A stretch of 64,000 nt of DNA from an uncultured Bacteroidia bacterium (GTDB taxonomy: Bacteria > Bacteroidota > Bacteroidia > Bacteroidales > CAJPTX01): NCBI GenBank assembly GCA_947252645.1, contig CAMXWF010000002.1, positions 72,632 through 136,631 of the forward strand, read 5' to 3'. Under the pieces are notes generated by a model that was not told the DNA's origin, did no database searches, and saw only the letters and a program-made list of their open reading frames with translations. Of this stretch, positions 54,868 through 62,921 are shown piece after piece. The first letter of the stretch is position 1. Each line of letters starts with the position of its first letter. The translations under genes and the position numbers were made by a program.

Positions 54868-55614
54868 ATGGAGGAACGCGTCTACAGGGGGGGCGTGGTC
54901 TACATGCTCCCGGCGCCGCTCGGCGACGAGCCCCCAACGCTAGCGCTTACTGGGGCTGCCTTGGCTTGCATACGTGGGCTACGGCTGTTTGCAGTTGAGA
55001 ATGCGCGCACGTCTCGGCGCTTACTAGCCCGAATAGGCATGCCCGTGCCTATCGATGAGCTGGAGTTTATCGTTTTTGATAAGCGTAGCGATGCTGACTT
55101 GGCCCTACGGATTGTTCGTAGGGTGGCTGAGGGAGCAGACCTAGGCTACTTGAGCGAGGCGGGGGCACCAGGGATTGCTGATCCTGGGGCGCAGATCGCG
55201 GCCGCTGCCCACCAGCTGCAGGTTCGAGTGGTGCCCTTTGGGGGGCCAAGTAGCGTGATGATGCTAGCCATGGCCTCAGGCATGACGGCGCAGTCTTTTG
55301 CTTTTCTCGGCTATCTTCCTGCTGAGCCCAAGGAGCGAAAACTACGCATCCAGCAGGTCGAGGCCTTGGCTCTTCGTGAGGGCCAGACCCAGATCTTCAT
55401 CGAGACCCCCTACCGCAACGATGCCCTCCTGGAGGCGCTTCTGCGCGCCCTCAAGCCGACCACCTGCCTATGCATTGCCACTGGGCTGGAAACAGAGGGC
55501 GGCTGGCTGCGTACGCTGCCCGTGGTGCAATGGCTTCAGGCTAGACCCACGCTGGGGAAAAAGCCCACCATATTCGCCATTGGTCGGCTGCAGCAGGACG
55601 CAAGGAAGAGATAG
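54868..55614 (+). CDS. RsmI-like SAM-dependent methyltransferase (tetrapyrrole-methylase fold)
   Basis: LSEAGAPGIADPGAQI, VVPFGGPSSVMMLAMASGM and FAFLGYLP are collinear with RsmI motifs as recalled. Start moved to ATG 54868. Confidence 0.6.
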   Translation: MEERVYRGGVVYMLPAPLGDEPPTLALTGAALACIRGLRLFAVENARTSRRLLARIGMPVPIDELEFIVFDKRSDADLALRIVRRVAEGADLGYLSEAGAPGIADPGAQIAAAAHQLQVRVVPFGGPSSVMMLAMASGMTAQSFAFLGYLPAEPKERKLRIQQVEALALREGQTQIFIETPYRNDALLEALLRALKPTTCLCIATGLETEGGWLRTLPVVQWLQARPTLGKKPTIFAIGRLQQDARKR

Positions 55615-55709
55615 TTACCCTCCGCCGTTTGCCCGTTACCCATGGGGCTGACGAGCTGTTGCGCTGGGCGCAATCCCCCATTCCCTAGTTGCCCGGTTCT
55701 TTCTGTTCC

Positions 55710-56471
55710 CTAGCCTTCCCGTGTGGCTTTCTTGCGCTCTGCCAGCAGGGTATCGAGTAGGGCGCCTAGGCGAGCCAGGGCCACAGGCCCACTGTGTCTG
55801 GTCATGTAGAAGGGGAGTCGCACGCCTTTCTCTCGGCGCAGGTCCACAAACTCCCATGGATGGAAGTATAGGCTCAGGTAGCCTGTCTGGCGGTAGGTGA
55901 ATTTGCAAAGCCAGATGTAGAGCCATTGGGGCAGATGGTGCATGGATAGCCAGAAAAGAGGAAAGCGCAGGCGCGGCGTTACCGAGGAGGGGAGTTCCTG
56001 TATGGGGCCGTCCATGAAGGGGCGCAGGGGGCGACGCAAGTGGCAGTAGCGGCCGGGGATCCACGTGGGGTTGAGGGAGGCATCGTAGGTATAGCCCGCG
56101 GCAGCCAGGTCTTCCATGCTTATGGGCTGCATGCGCGGCATGCGGAAGCCGTGTACGCGGTGCCGGTGCTGGGTCAAAGCCTCCAGGACCTCCCGCGAGG
56201 CTAGCAGGTCGTCGACCGAAAAACGTGAATGCTCCATGCCGTGCGAGGCCAGCTCGTGCCCCTCGGCTACTATCCTAGCCAACAGCTCGGGCACCTGTCG
56301 TGCGAACGCTACCGTGGCAAAGAATGTGGCAGGGAAGCCTTTGGATGCCAGCAGGTCGAGGACGGCTTCCAGCCCACGCCGCGAGATGTCGACCTCCTGC
56401 TCGAACGGGATGGGATGGCCAAACTCCCCTGGCGCGTCGAATTCCTCGATGTCGAAGCTTATTAGAACCAT
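55710..56471 (-). CDS. Polysaccharide deacetylase (CE4/ArnD-like) family protein
   Basis: ISFDIEEF N-terminal metal-binding motif, ATFFATV, GHELASHGMEH. Overlaps the upstream GT2 gene by 10 nt. Confidence 0.7.
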   Translation of the reverse strand: MVLISFDIEEFDAPGEFGHPIPFEQEVDISRRGLEAVLDLLASKGFPATFFATVAFARQVPELLARIVAEGHELASHGMEHSRFSVDDLLASREVLEALTQHRHRVHGFRMPRMQPISMEDLAAAGYTYDASLNPTWIPGRYCHLRRPLRPFMDGPIQELPSSVTPRLRFPLFWLSMHHLPQWLYIWLCKFTYRQTGYLSLYFHPWEFVDLRREKGVRLPFYMTRHSGPVALARLGALLDTLLAERKKATREG

Positions 56472-57193
56472 CGTGATTTCAGGACTTGTAGCACGGCCCG
56501 CAGCTCTCGGAGCAGGATGCGTAGGCCCATCTTGGAGAATTTGATGCCCTCGCTGCGTAGGGTCACTGGAACCTCTTCCAGGAGCAGCTTCCGCCGCGTG
56601 GCGATGGCTATGAACTGAGTGTCGAAAAGGTAGCTGTTGATGTTCGTCGCGAGGAGGGCCTCGCGGCCTTTGGCATCGAAGGCCTTGATGCCGCCCTGGG
56701 TGTCGGACACGGGCAGCCCAAAGAGCACCCGATTGAGCAGGTGCGACCCTAGCGAGAGCACCTTGCGGAAGGGCGAAAGGTGGCTAACATAGTGGCTGCC
56801 GCGGTTGCCCACTACCACGTTGGCCCCCGCCAGCAAGGTTTCTATTAGCCGTTGGTATGATGGCAGCGAGAAGGGGACGTCGTAATCGGTGTAGAGGAAT
56901 AGTTGCTCAGCGGGGCCCGCTTGCGCCACTGCGTGGCGCACGGCGTGTCCCTTCCCTTGGTTGGGGGTGTAGTCGTAGACGGCCACGGGGTAGTGCTTGT
57001 TGAGGTCAGCTAGCCCTTGGAGGGTCTCCTGCGAGTAGGCGTCATATGATCCATCTGGGCATATGGAGATGTGCACTGCGCCGTAGTGGGCCAGTAGCTC
57101 GGCTAGCAAGCGGACGCGCTCAAGCCAGGGGCCATGTGGGCCGTGGGCAGGCAGCGCAAGCACTATTTGGGGACGTGTCTCCATGTCGCTCAT
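56462..57193 (-). CDS. GT2-family polyprenyl-phosphate hexose(amine) transferase-like glycosyltransferase
   Basis: NQGKGHAVRHAV, YTDYDVP (DxD), DTQGGIKAF and FDTQF motifs, typical of the Dpm1/ArnC branch. Start set at the ATGA overlap with the upstream stop. Confidence 0.8.
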   Translation of the reverse strand: MSDMETRPQIVLALPAHGPHGPWLERVRLLAELLAHYGAVHISICPDGSYDAYSQETLQGLADLNKHYPVAVYDYTPNQGKGHAVRHAVAQAGPAEQLFLYTDYDVPFSLPSYQRLIETLLAGANVVVGNRGSHYVSHLSPFRKVLSLGSHLLNRVLFGLPVSDTQGGIKAFDAKGREALLATNINSYLFDTQFIAIATRRKLLLEEVPVTLRSEGIKFSKMGLRILLRELRAVLQVLKSRWF

Positions 57194-58422
57194 CCTGTTA
57201 TGGCCCCACGGAATTCGCTGGCGGCTTCTGCCGTGCCCTCCGGCTTGCTCCAGAGCAGCCACTGGATGCGTAGCCAGATGAGCATTGGGAAAAAAGCCTT
57301 GAAGGAGTAGGGGAGCAAGAATTGGTCTCGCCAAGTTCTGGGGAACAAATCGCTGGTGGTCTGGCTAAAGATCATGGCACCAATGAAAAGGGCCAAGTCA
57401 TACCATGCGAAACCATGTTCCTCGTGGCAGGTAATCCACCAGAGGCCTATGCCAAGGTAGCCTACGATGTAGGTGTTTGTTTCCGTGCCCGTGCTGAAGA
57501 GGACGATGAATAGGGCGATGCTGCTAAAGAAGAGACGGCGGAAGGCCTCGCGCCCATATTCTTCGATGCGCAGTAGCGGGGCCAGTAGTAGCATTGCGCC
57601 TGGAGCTATCAGCCATAGGTCGGAGTAGCCCGATAGGCCCGTTGACTTACGCACTAGGCCCACGAAGCCTTGGTTCTGCATGAGGGAAAACATGTTGGCG
57701 CAGTCCTTGTGCGTAAGTGCTGTGAACCATGCCTGGTATTGCGACAATAGGTACTCGGGGCCTACCATCACCAGGGGCAATAGGAGCAGCACCACGAGCC
57801 ACAGCAGTCCGAAGAGGATGAAGCGTCCTTTCCGCTTCACGAAGGGAAAGAGCAGTAGACCCAGGAGGCCGTAGACTTTGGTAAGTGCGCCCGTCACAAT
57901 CATGAGCGCAGCCCAGATAGGCTGGTCTCGCTCCACAAATGCGAACGTGAGCAGCAGCATCCCCGCCACCAGCAGATTGTACTGCTGCATGAGCGTGGCG
58001 ATGAATAGCTCGTTGAGAAGAACCCAGAGAAACACAGTTCGCCGCGAGGCCTCTAGGTGGGGTACTAAATGACGCACTGCGTAGACGATGACGCCATTGC
58101 CCAGCAGTACCCATAGCACCACCCCCACGCGAGTAGGCAGCAGTGCCAAGGGCGCCATGAGCAGCGCAAAGAGGGGGCCATAGAGGTACACATCGTAGTA
58201 CTCCTGTGGATACTCTGCGTAGAGATCCGCTTGAGCAACGAGGTGGTGCCAACTGGCCGCGAAGATCCGGTAATTGTTGATGTTGCTGGGTCCTGCTAGC
58301 CGTAGGCATGCGATTGCGAGCAGCGCCCCGAGGGCTACCAGCACTAGGGGCCAGCTATGCCAGACGTGCCTTACGAGGAATCGGTATAGCTGCCAGGCCT
58401 TTGACATAGCGCGATGGGCCAT
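57190..58422 (-). CDS. Polytopic membrane protein, putative GT-C glycosyltransferase (DUF2029/GT87-like)
   Basis: About 10-11 TM segments. N-terminal loop motif ADLYAEYPQEYYDVYLYGPLFALLMAPLALLP resembles the DUF2029 signature as recalled. Needs HMM confirmation. Confidence 0.55.
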   Translation of the reverse strand: MAHRAMSKAWQLYRFLVRHVWHSWPLVLVALGALLAIACLRLAGPSNINNYRIFAASWHHLVAQADLYAEYPQEYYDVYLYGPLFALLMAPLALLPTRVGVVLWVLLGNGVIVYAVRHLVPHLEASRRTVFLWVLLNELFIATLMQQYNLLVAGMLLLTFAFVERDQPIWAALMIVTGALTKVYGLLGLLLFPFVKRKGRFILFGLLWLVVLLLLPLVMVGPEYLLSQYQAWFTALTHKDCANMFSLMQNQGFVGLVRKSTGLSGYSDLWLIAPGAMLLLAPLLRIEEYGREAFRRLFFSSIALFIVLFSTGTETNTYIVGYLGIGLWWITCHEEHGFAWYDLALFIGAMIFSQTTSDLFPRTWRDQFLLPYSFKAFFPMLIWLRIQWLLWSKPEGTAEAASEFRGAITG

Positions 58423-58447
58423 AGGAGTCTGCCAAGGGGGGCTTGTG

Positions 58448-59218
58448 CTAGCAGCTGGTATGGCTGTTTTCCTCCCTTGCCGCCAGGTGCTGTGCCCGGG
58501 CTAGGTCTTCAGGTGTGTCCACCGAGAGGCCCTCTTGTTCCACGGCCACAGTCTGGATTCTCAGCCCTGCATTTAGCCAACGGAGCTGCTCCAAGCTTTC
58601 GGCCTGCTCTAGGGGTGCAGGGGGCAGCTGCGCGATGCGTGCCAGCACTGCCGGTCGGTAGGCGTACACTCCGATGTGAGCCCAGTAAGCGGGCTCATCG
58701 TTAGGCGCTACGTTGCGATAGTATGGAATGACCGCGCGGCTGAAGTACAGCGCTTCCCCCGTTGAGCTTAGGGCCACCTTGGGGCGATTGGGGTTGGCGA
58801 CCTCCTCCCCCGCACTGAAGGGGCGCACCAGCGTGGCTATGGATACCTCGGGGCTTTCGAAGGCCATTACCAAGCGGCGCAGCGGTTCAGGATCGATGAA
58901 GGGTTCATCGCCCTGCACGTTGACCACGACCTCCCAGCTATTGCGTTCCTGCCCCTGGGCCCTGAGTATTTCTAGGGCTTCGGCGCAGCGGCTTGTCCCG
59001 CTCTCCTGGGCTCGCTGCGATACAAGGCAAGCGCAGCCATGCTCAAGGCATGCCTGCGCTATGATCTCGCTATCCGTCACCACGTATAGCTCCGCAAAGA
59101 CCGGCTGTACTCGACGGTATACCCGCACTACCATGGGGAGCCCCCCAATGGATGCCAGCGGCTTTCCCGGCAGGCGGGTAGACTGGTAGCGTGCTGGGAT
59201 GAGGCCGAGGGCCTTCAT
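58448..59218 (-). CDS. kdsB: 3-deoxy-manno-octulosonate cytidylyltransferase (CMP-Kdo synthetase)
   Basis: LIPARYQSTRLPGKPL, NVQGDEP and HIGVYAY motifs. Start moved to the internal ATG (MKALGLIP). Confidence 0.88.
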   Translation of the reverse strand: MKALGLIPARYQSTRLPGKPLASIGGLPMVVRVYRRVQPVFAELYVVTDSEIIAQACLEHGCACLVSQRAQESGTSRCAEALEILRAQGQERNSWEVVVNVQGDEPFIDPEPLRRLVMAFESPEVSIATLVRPFSAGEEVANPNRPKVALSSTGEALYFSRAVIPYYRNVAPNDEPAYWAHIGVYAYRPAVLARIAQLPPAPLEQAESLEQLRWLNAGLRIQTVAVEQEGLSVDTPEDLARAQHLAAREENSHTSC

Positions 59219-59241
59219 GGCTTTCTGTGGTTCGGCCAAGG

Positions 59242-60198
59242 CTAAAAATCGCCCCGCTGGTGGCGCTCGCCGAGCCGCTTGAGCATGTCGTCGGTCATGC
59301 TGCTCAAATCCCACTTTGGCTTCCAGCCCCATTCGGCGCGGGCCACCGAGTCATCGAGCTTGTTGGGCCATGACCGTGCGATGGCCGCCCGCACGGGGTC
59401 GATCTGGTATTCCATCTGGAAGCTGGGAAGGCGTTTTTTGATCTCCTGGTAGATTTGCTCTGGTTCAAAGCTCATGGCGGCCACATTGAAGGAGTTGTGG
59501 TGCTTGAGCTTGCTTCCATCGGCCTCCATGAGCTGCACGATGGCATCCAGCGCGTCGGGCATGTACATCATGTCCATGTAGACCCCCTGTGGGATGGGGC
59601 AAACGAACTTTTCGCCCTTCACGGCTGCGTAGTAGATCTCCACGGCGTAGTCGGTGGTGCCTCCCCCAGGAAGGGTTACATTGCTGATGATTCCTGGGAA
59701 GCGCACGCTGCGCGCGTCCACCCCAAAGCGGCTATGGTAGTAGTCCCCCAGCAGCTCGGCAGTCACCTTGCAGACACCATACATGGTGTTGGGGCGCATG
59801 ACGGTGTCCTGCGGCGTGTTGTCCTTGGGGGTGCTGTCGCCAAACGCCCCGATGGAGCTTGGGGTGAAGACTGAGGCTTTTAGCTCGCGGGCCACCTCCA
59901 GGGTGTTGAGCAGGGCACCCATGTTGATCTTCCAGGCCAGCTGTGGGTTGGCCTCCCCCTTGGCCGAGAGTAGGGCCACCAGGTTGAAAAAAGTGTCGAT
60001 GTGCTGTTGCTTGGCTAACTCGGCTAGCCCCGATGCATTGAGCGCATCGAGCGTCTCAAATGGCCCCTGGGCTGCTAGCTGCTTATTCACGCGCACATCC
60101 GAGGCAATGACGTTGGACTCACCGTAGATAGAACGCAGGTGTGGTACTAGCTCCGAGCCTATCTGCCCGCCAGCACCCAATACCAAGATACGCTTCAT
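59242..60198 (-). CDS. NAD-dependent epimerase/dehydratase-fold L-threonine 3-dehydrogenase-like enzyme
   Basis: Rossmann ILVLGAGGQIGSEL and catalytic YGVCK (YxxxK). Overall pattern matches SDR-type TDH as recalled. Start could also be 60231. Confidence 0.55.
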   Translation of the reverse strand: MKRILVLGAGGQIGSELVPHLRSIYGESNVIASDVRVNKQLAAQGPFETLDALNASGLAELAKQQHIDTFFNLVALLSAKGEANPQLAWKINMGALLNTLEVARELKASVFTPSSIGAFGDSTPKDNTPQDTVMRPNTMYGVCKVTAELLGDYYHSRFGVDARSVRFPGIISNVTLPGGGTTDYAVEIYYAAVKGEKFVCPIPQGVYMDMMYMPDALDAIVQLMEADGSKLKHHNSFNVAAMSFEPEQIYQEIKKRLPSFQMEYQIDPVRAAIARSWPNKLDDSVARAEWGWKPKWDLSSMTDDMLKRLGERHQRGDF

Positions 60199-60285
60199 CT
60201 TCCTGTTATGAAATTTAGCTTGCGCCTCCACGGCGCGTTGTTTCCCCTCGCAGCTTCGCGAAGGTAGCCATATTATGGTTGGTCC

Positions 60286-60858
60286 TTACTCCCTTAGCAC
60301 TTGGATGGCGCCCCTCGCATCTATGCTGATGATGCGGGAGGCTTTTCCTCCGTGGGCGGTGTCTAGTGCCCATGGCACTGCGTAGTCCACGGCCTCGACT
60401 ATCTCCCTGGGGATGAGTGGGGGCGCTTGGTAGGGAGTTCCCGACGCGTTGGCCGAGGTGGAGACTAGCGGCCCGCCCATACGGGTCAGCAAGGCCTGGC
60501 AGAATGGCTGGTGCACTATTCGGATGGCCACGCTCCCCTCTGCTGCCACAGCTTCAGGCGCCAGCCCGTGGGCTACGGGGTAGATCACCGTGGTAGGGAC
60601 TTTGGCCCTCTGGAGCTGCTCTGCCACCGCGGGTGTCATGGGCTGCGTGTATTGCTCCAGCATGGCTAGCCCGTCTACAAGTAGGATGAGGCTCTTGGCT
60701 TCGGGCCGCTGCTTGATCCTGAATATGCGCCTGACGGCCTCGCGGTTGCGTCCATCGCATCCAAGGCCCCAAATCGTGTCGGTGGGGTAGAGGATCACTC
60801 CCCCGCCTGCCACTACCCTGTAGGCCGCTTCTACGGCTTCCTCTAGCGCATTGGCCAT
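60286..60858 (-). CDS. tsaC: L-threonylcarbamoyladenylate synthase (TsaC/YrdC)
   Basis: ILYPTDTIWGLGCD, KQRPEAKSLILLV and STSANASG motifs; 190 aa. Confidence 0.85.
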   Translation of the reverse strand: MANALEEAVEAAYRVVAGGGVILYPTDTIWGLGCDGRNREAVRRIFRIKQRPEAKSLILLVDGLAMLEQYTQPMTPAVAEQLQRAKVPTTVIYPVAHGLAPEAVAAEGSVAIRIVHQPFCQALLTRMGGPLVSTSANASGTPYQAPPLIPREIVEAVDYAVPWALDTAHGGKASRIISIDARGAIQVLRE

Positions 60859-60881
60859 GGCTTTCCCCTACGTTGCGGTGG

Positions 60882-60889
60882 CAAAGATA
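60882..60889 (-). promoter_or_regulatory. -7 box TAtcTTTG (minus strand) for the tsaC-led operon
   Basis: Reverse complement of CAAAGATA, 24 nt upstream of the start at 60858. Confidence 0.4.
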
Positions 60890-60911
60890 CTGCGTTTTGT
60901 GACTATTCCCC

Positions 60912-60919
60912 TAATTTTG
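60912..60919 (+). promoter_or_regulatory. -7 box TAatTTTG for the PepSY-TM gene (divergent from the tsaC promoter)
   Basis: Exact TAnnTTTG 18 nt before ATG 60937. Confidence 0.4.
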
Positions 60920-60936
60920 CCCGCAGTCAGTAGACC

Positions 60937-62445
60937 ATGCGCACGCTCCGTCACCTCAGCTTCCACCGGTTGGTAGGTCCCGTTTTGGCCCTGTTGCTTT
61001 TCAACATGGCCTTTTCGGGCATCTTGCTCAACCATCGTGCTATCACGGCGCGTATCCCGGTGCCTCGCTGGCTCATGCCGCCCAGCTACCATGTAGCGAA
61101 CTGGAACAATCAGCTAGTCAAGGGGACCTTACGCCTTGCGCCCGACTCCCTCCTGCTCTACGGCGCGGCTGGCCTCTTCCTACTGGATAGCCTCTGGCAG
61201 CACCCGCAGCCGTTTTCCCAGGGGCTGCCGCCCGACCTGGCCCCAGTATCTGCGTTGCTTAGGCTCCCCGAGGGGCAGATCTTGGCTGCTACCCCCAGGG
61301 GGATCTATCGCTATCGGGGCTCGCGCTGGGAGTGCCTCCTCAAGTCCCCCGAGCCGCTCATCGACATGCTCTATGCCGACTCCGTTGTCTACGCGCTCTC
61401 GCGAAACCATCTATTCATGGCCAAGCCCCCGTTTGGCCGTCTTCAGCCTGTGGAGCTGCTGTGCGCGGAGGACGTAGGTCGCAAGGTCAGCCTTTTCAAG
61501 TTCCTGTGGTTTCTCCATAGTGGGGCTCTTTTGGGGCTCCCTGGCCGTCTCGTTGTCGATGGCTTGGGCCTTGTCATGATGCTGCTATCCATCACCGGCC
61601 TCCTGGCCATGCTGTCTAGGCGAATAGGGGGCAAACTTACGGCTGGTGCCCGTCGACTCCGCTACTCCAGGCGCTGGATGCGTAGCCTTAAGCTCCACGT
61701 GCCAGCAGGGCGTTGGCTGCTCGTCCCGCTGCTTATTCTGATGCTCTCGGGCATGGTGTTGCGCCCGCCTCTGCTCATTGCCGTGGTGCGCTGCTACCTG
61801 GTGCCACCGTCAATTACTACGCTCTACTCCGAGAACCCCTGGCACGACAAGCTGCGCCGGATGGCCTTCAACCCAGAGACCCACACCCTCCTGCTCTCCA
61901 CCAGCGTGGGCTTTTTCAGTGCCTCTCCTGCTGACCTGCAGTTTCGGTCGCTGCGCCCTGCGCCGCCAGTGAGCGTCATGGGGTGTAACGTGTTGCGTCC
62001 AGAGGGCAGAGGCTGGCTCGTGGGCTCCTTCGCTGGACTCTACTTCTGGGCGCCCGAGGCCTCCCGCATTGTCGATGCCAGGACTCACGAGCCCCCCGCT
62101 ACACGGGGAGGCATGCCCATCTTCAGCGACCTGGCCGTGGCTGGGTTCTCCACGGACTGTCCCGCAGCCCCCGTGCTGTTTGACTATTACCGCGGCGCGT
62201 TGTCGCTTGGGGGCGCCCAGATGGCTCCGCCCATGCCCGAGGCGCTAAAAGGAGCTCCTATCTCCCTATGGCATTGGGCGCTTGAAGTGCATACAGGGCG
62301 CATCTATGGCCTTAACGGCTCGGTCATAGGCGAATCCATCTTCATCTTCCTCCTGGGGCTCTTGGGCCTTTCCCTGCTGGTTACAGGGTATAGGAGGATT
62401 AGGCGGCCTCCACGTAGTCGCAAGGTGAAAAATGGGCAGAATTAG
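60937..62445 (+). CDS. PepSY-associated TM-helix family membrane protein
   Basis: N-terminal FHRLVGPVLALLLFNMAFSGILLNHR and C-terminal WHWALEVHTGRIYG...LLGLSLLVTGY motifs are typical of PepSY_TM proteins. Large central extracytoplasmic region. Confidence 0.55.
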   Translation: MRTLRHLSFHRLVGPVLALLLFNMAFSGILLNHRAITARIPVPRWLMPPSYHVANWNNQLVKGTLRLAPDSLLLYGAAGLFLLDSLWQHPQPFSQGLPPDLAPVSALLRLPEGQILAATPRGIYRYRGSRWECLLKSPEPLIDMLYADSVVYALSRNHLFMAKPPFGRLQPVELLCAEDVGRKVSLFKFLWFLHSGALLGLPGRLVVDGLGLVMMLLSITGLLAMLSRRIGGKLTAGARRLRYSRRWMRSLKLHVPAGRWLLVPLLILMLSGMVLRPPLLIAVVRCYLVPPSITTLYSENPWHDKLRRMAFNPETHTLLLSTSVGFFSASPADLQFRSLRPAPPVSVMGCNVLRPEGRGWLVGSFAGLYFWAPEASRIVDARTHEPPATRGGMPIFSDLAVAGFSTDCPAAPVLFDYYRGALSLGGAQMAPPMPEALKGAPISLWHWALEVHTGRIYGLNGSVIGESIFIFLLGLLGLSLLVTGYRRIRRPPRSRKVKNGQN

Positions 62446-62533
62446 CCGTTGCAAACTTCCCGAGGTGCTTTGCTGCGATGTCCCTAGCACTGGGCTCCCC
62501 GCGCTGCGCTTAATCCCTTACTCGTGTCCGCAC

Positions 62534-62599
62534 CGTACCAACGCCGTACCAACTCCGCTCATGGCCGCCCTGCAAGCGGACTTGTAGCGGAGTTGGTAC
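62534..62599 (+). repeat. Conserved intergenic element, copy C (11-nt direct repeats plus perfect 14-bp hairpin)
   Basis: CCGTACCAACG CCGTACCAACT CCGCTC. GTACCAACTCCGCT (62546-62559) pairs perfectly with AGCGGAGTTGGTAC (62586-62599), leaving a 26-nt loop. Confidence 0.55.
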
Positions 62600-62921
62600 G
62601 TTGGTGATCTTTGATATATGTGGCAGTACCTAGAGTGATGGAGGGCTTGAAACACCAGTAGATAGGTGCACTATGCGAGCGAATAACAGAACTATGGACT
62701 AGAGCGTAATGTCGTAAAGCCCACAAACACAACGCCTTCCAGTTAATTATAGCAACCATAAAGCGGGGGCGAGCAAGCATTGTAAATCCGGCAATTTCCA
62801 CAAACCGCCCCCCTAGAGGAGGCTGCGTAGCCTTGCCGGCAACTGCTGCAAGCTCATCGCGCCTGCGTATGCCAGGGCGGAGGCTCAGGAAGAGGCCTGC
62901 GCTTCGCGGTAGAGCGCTAGA

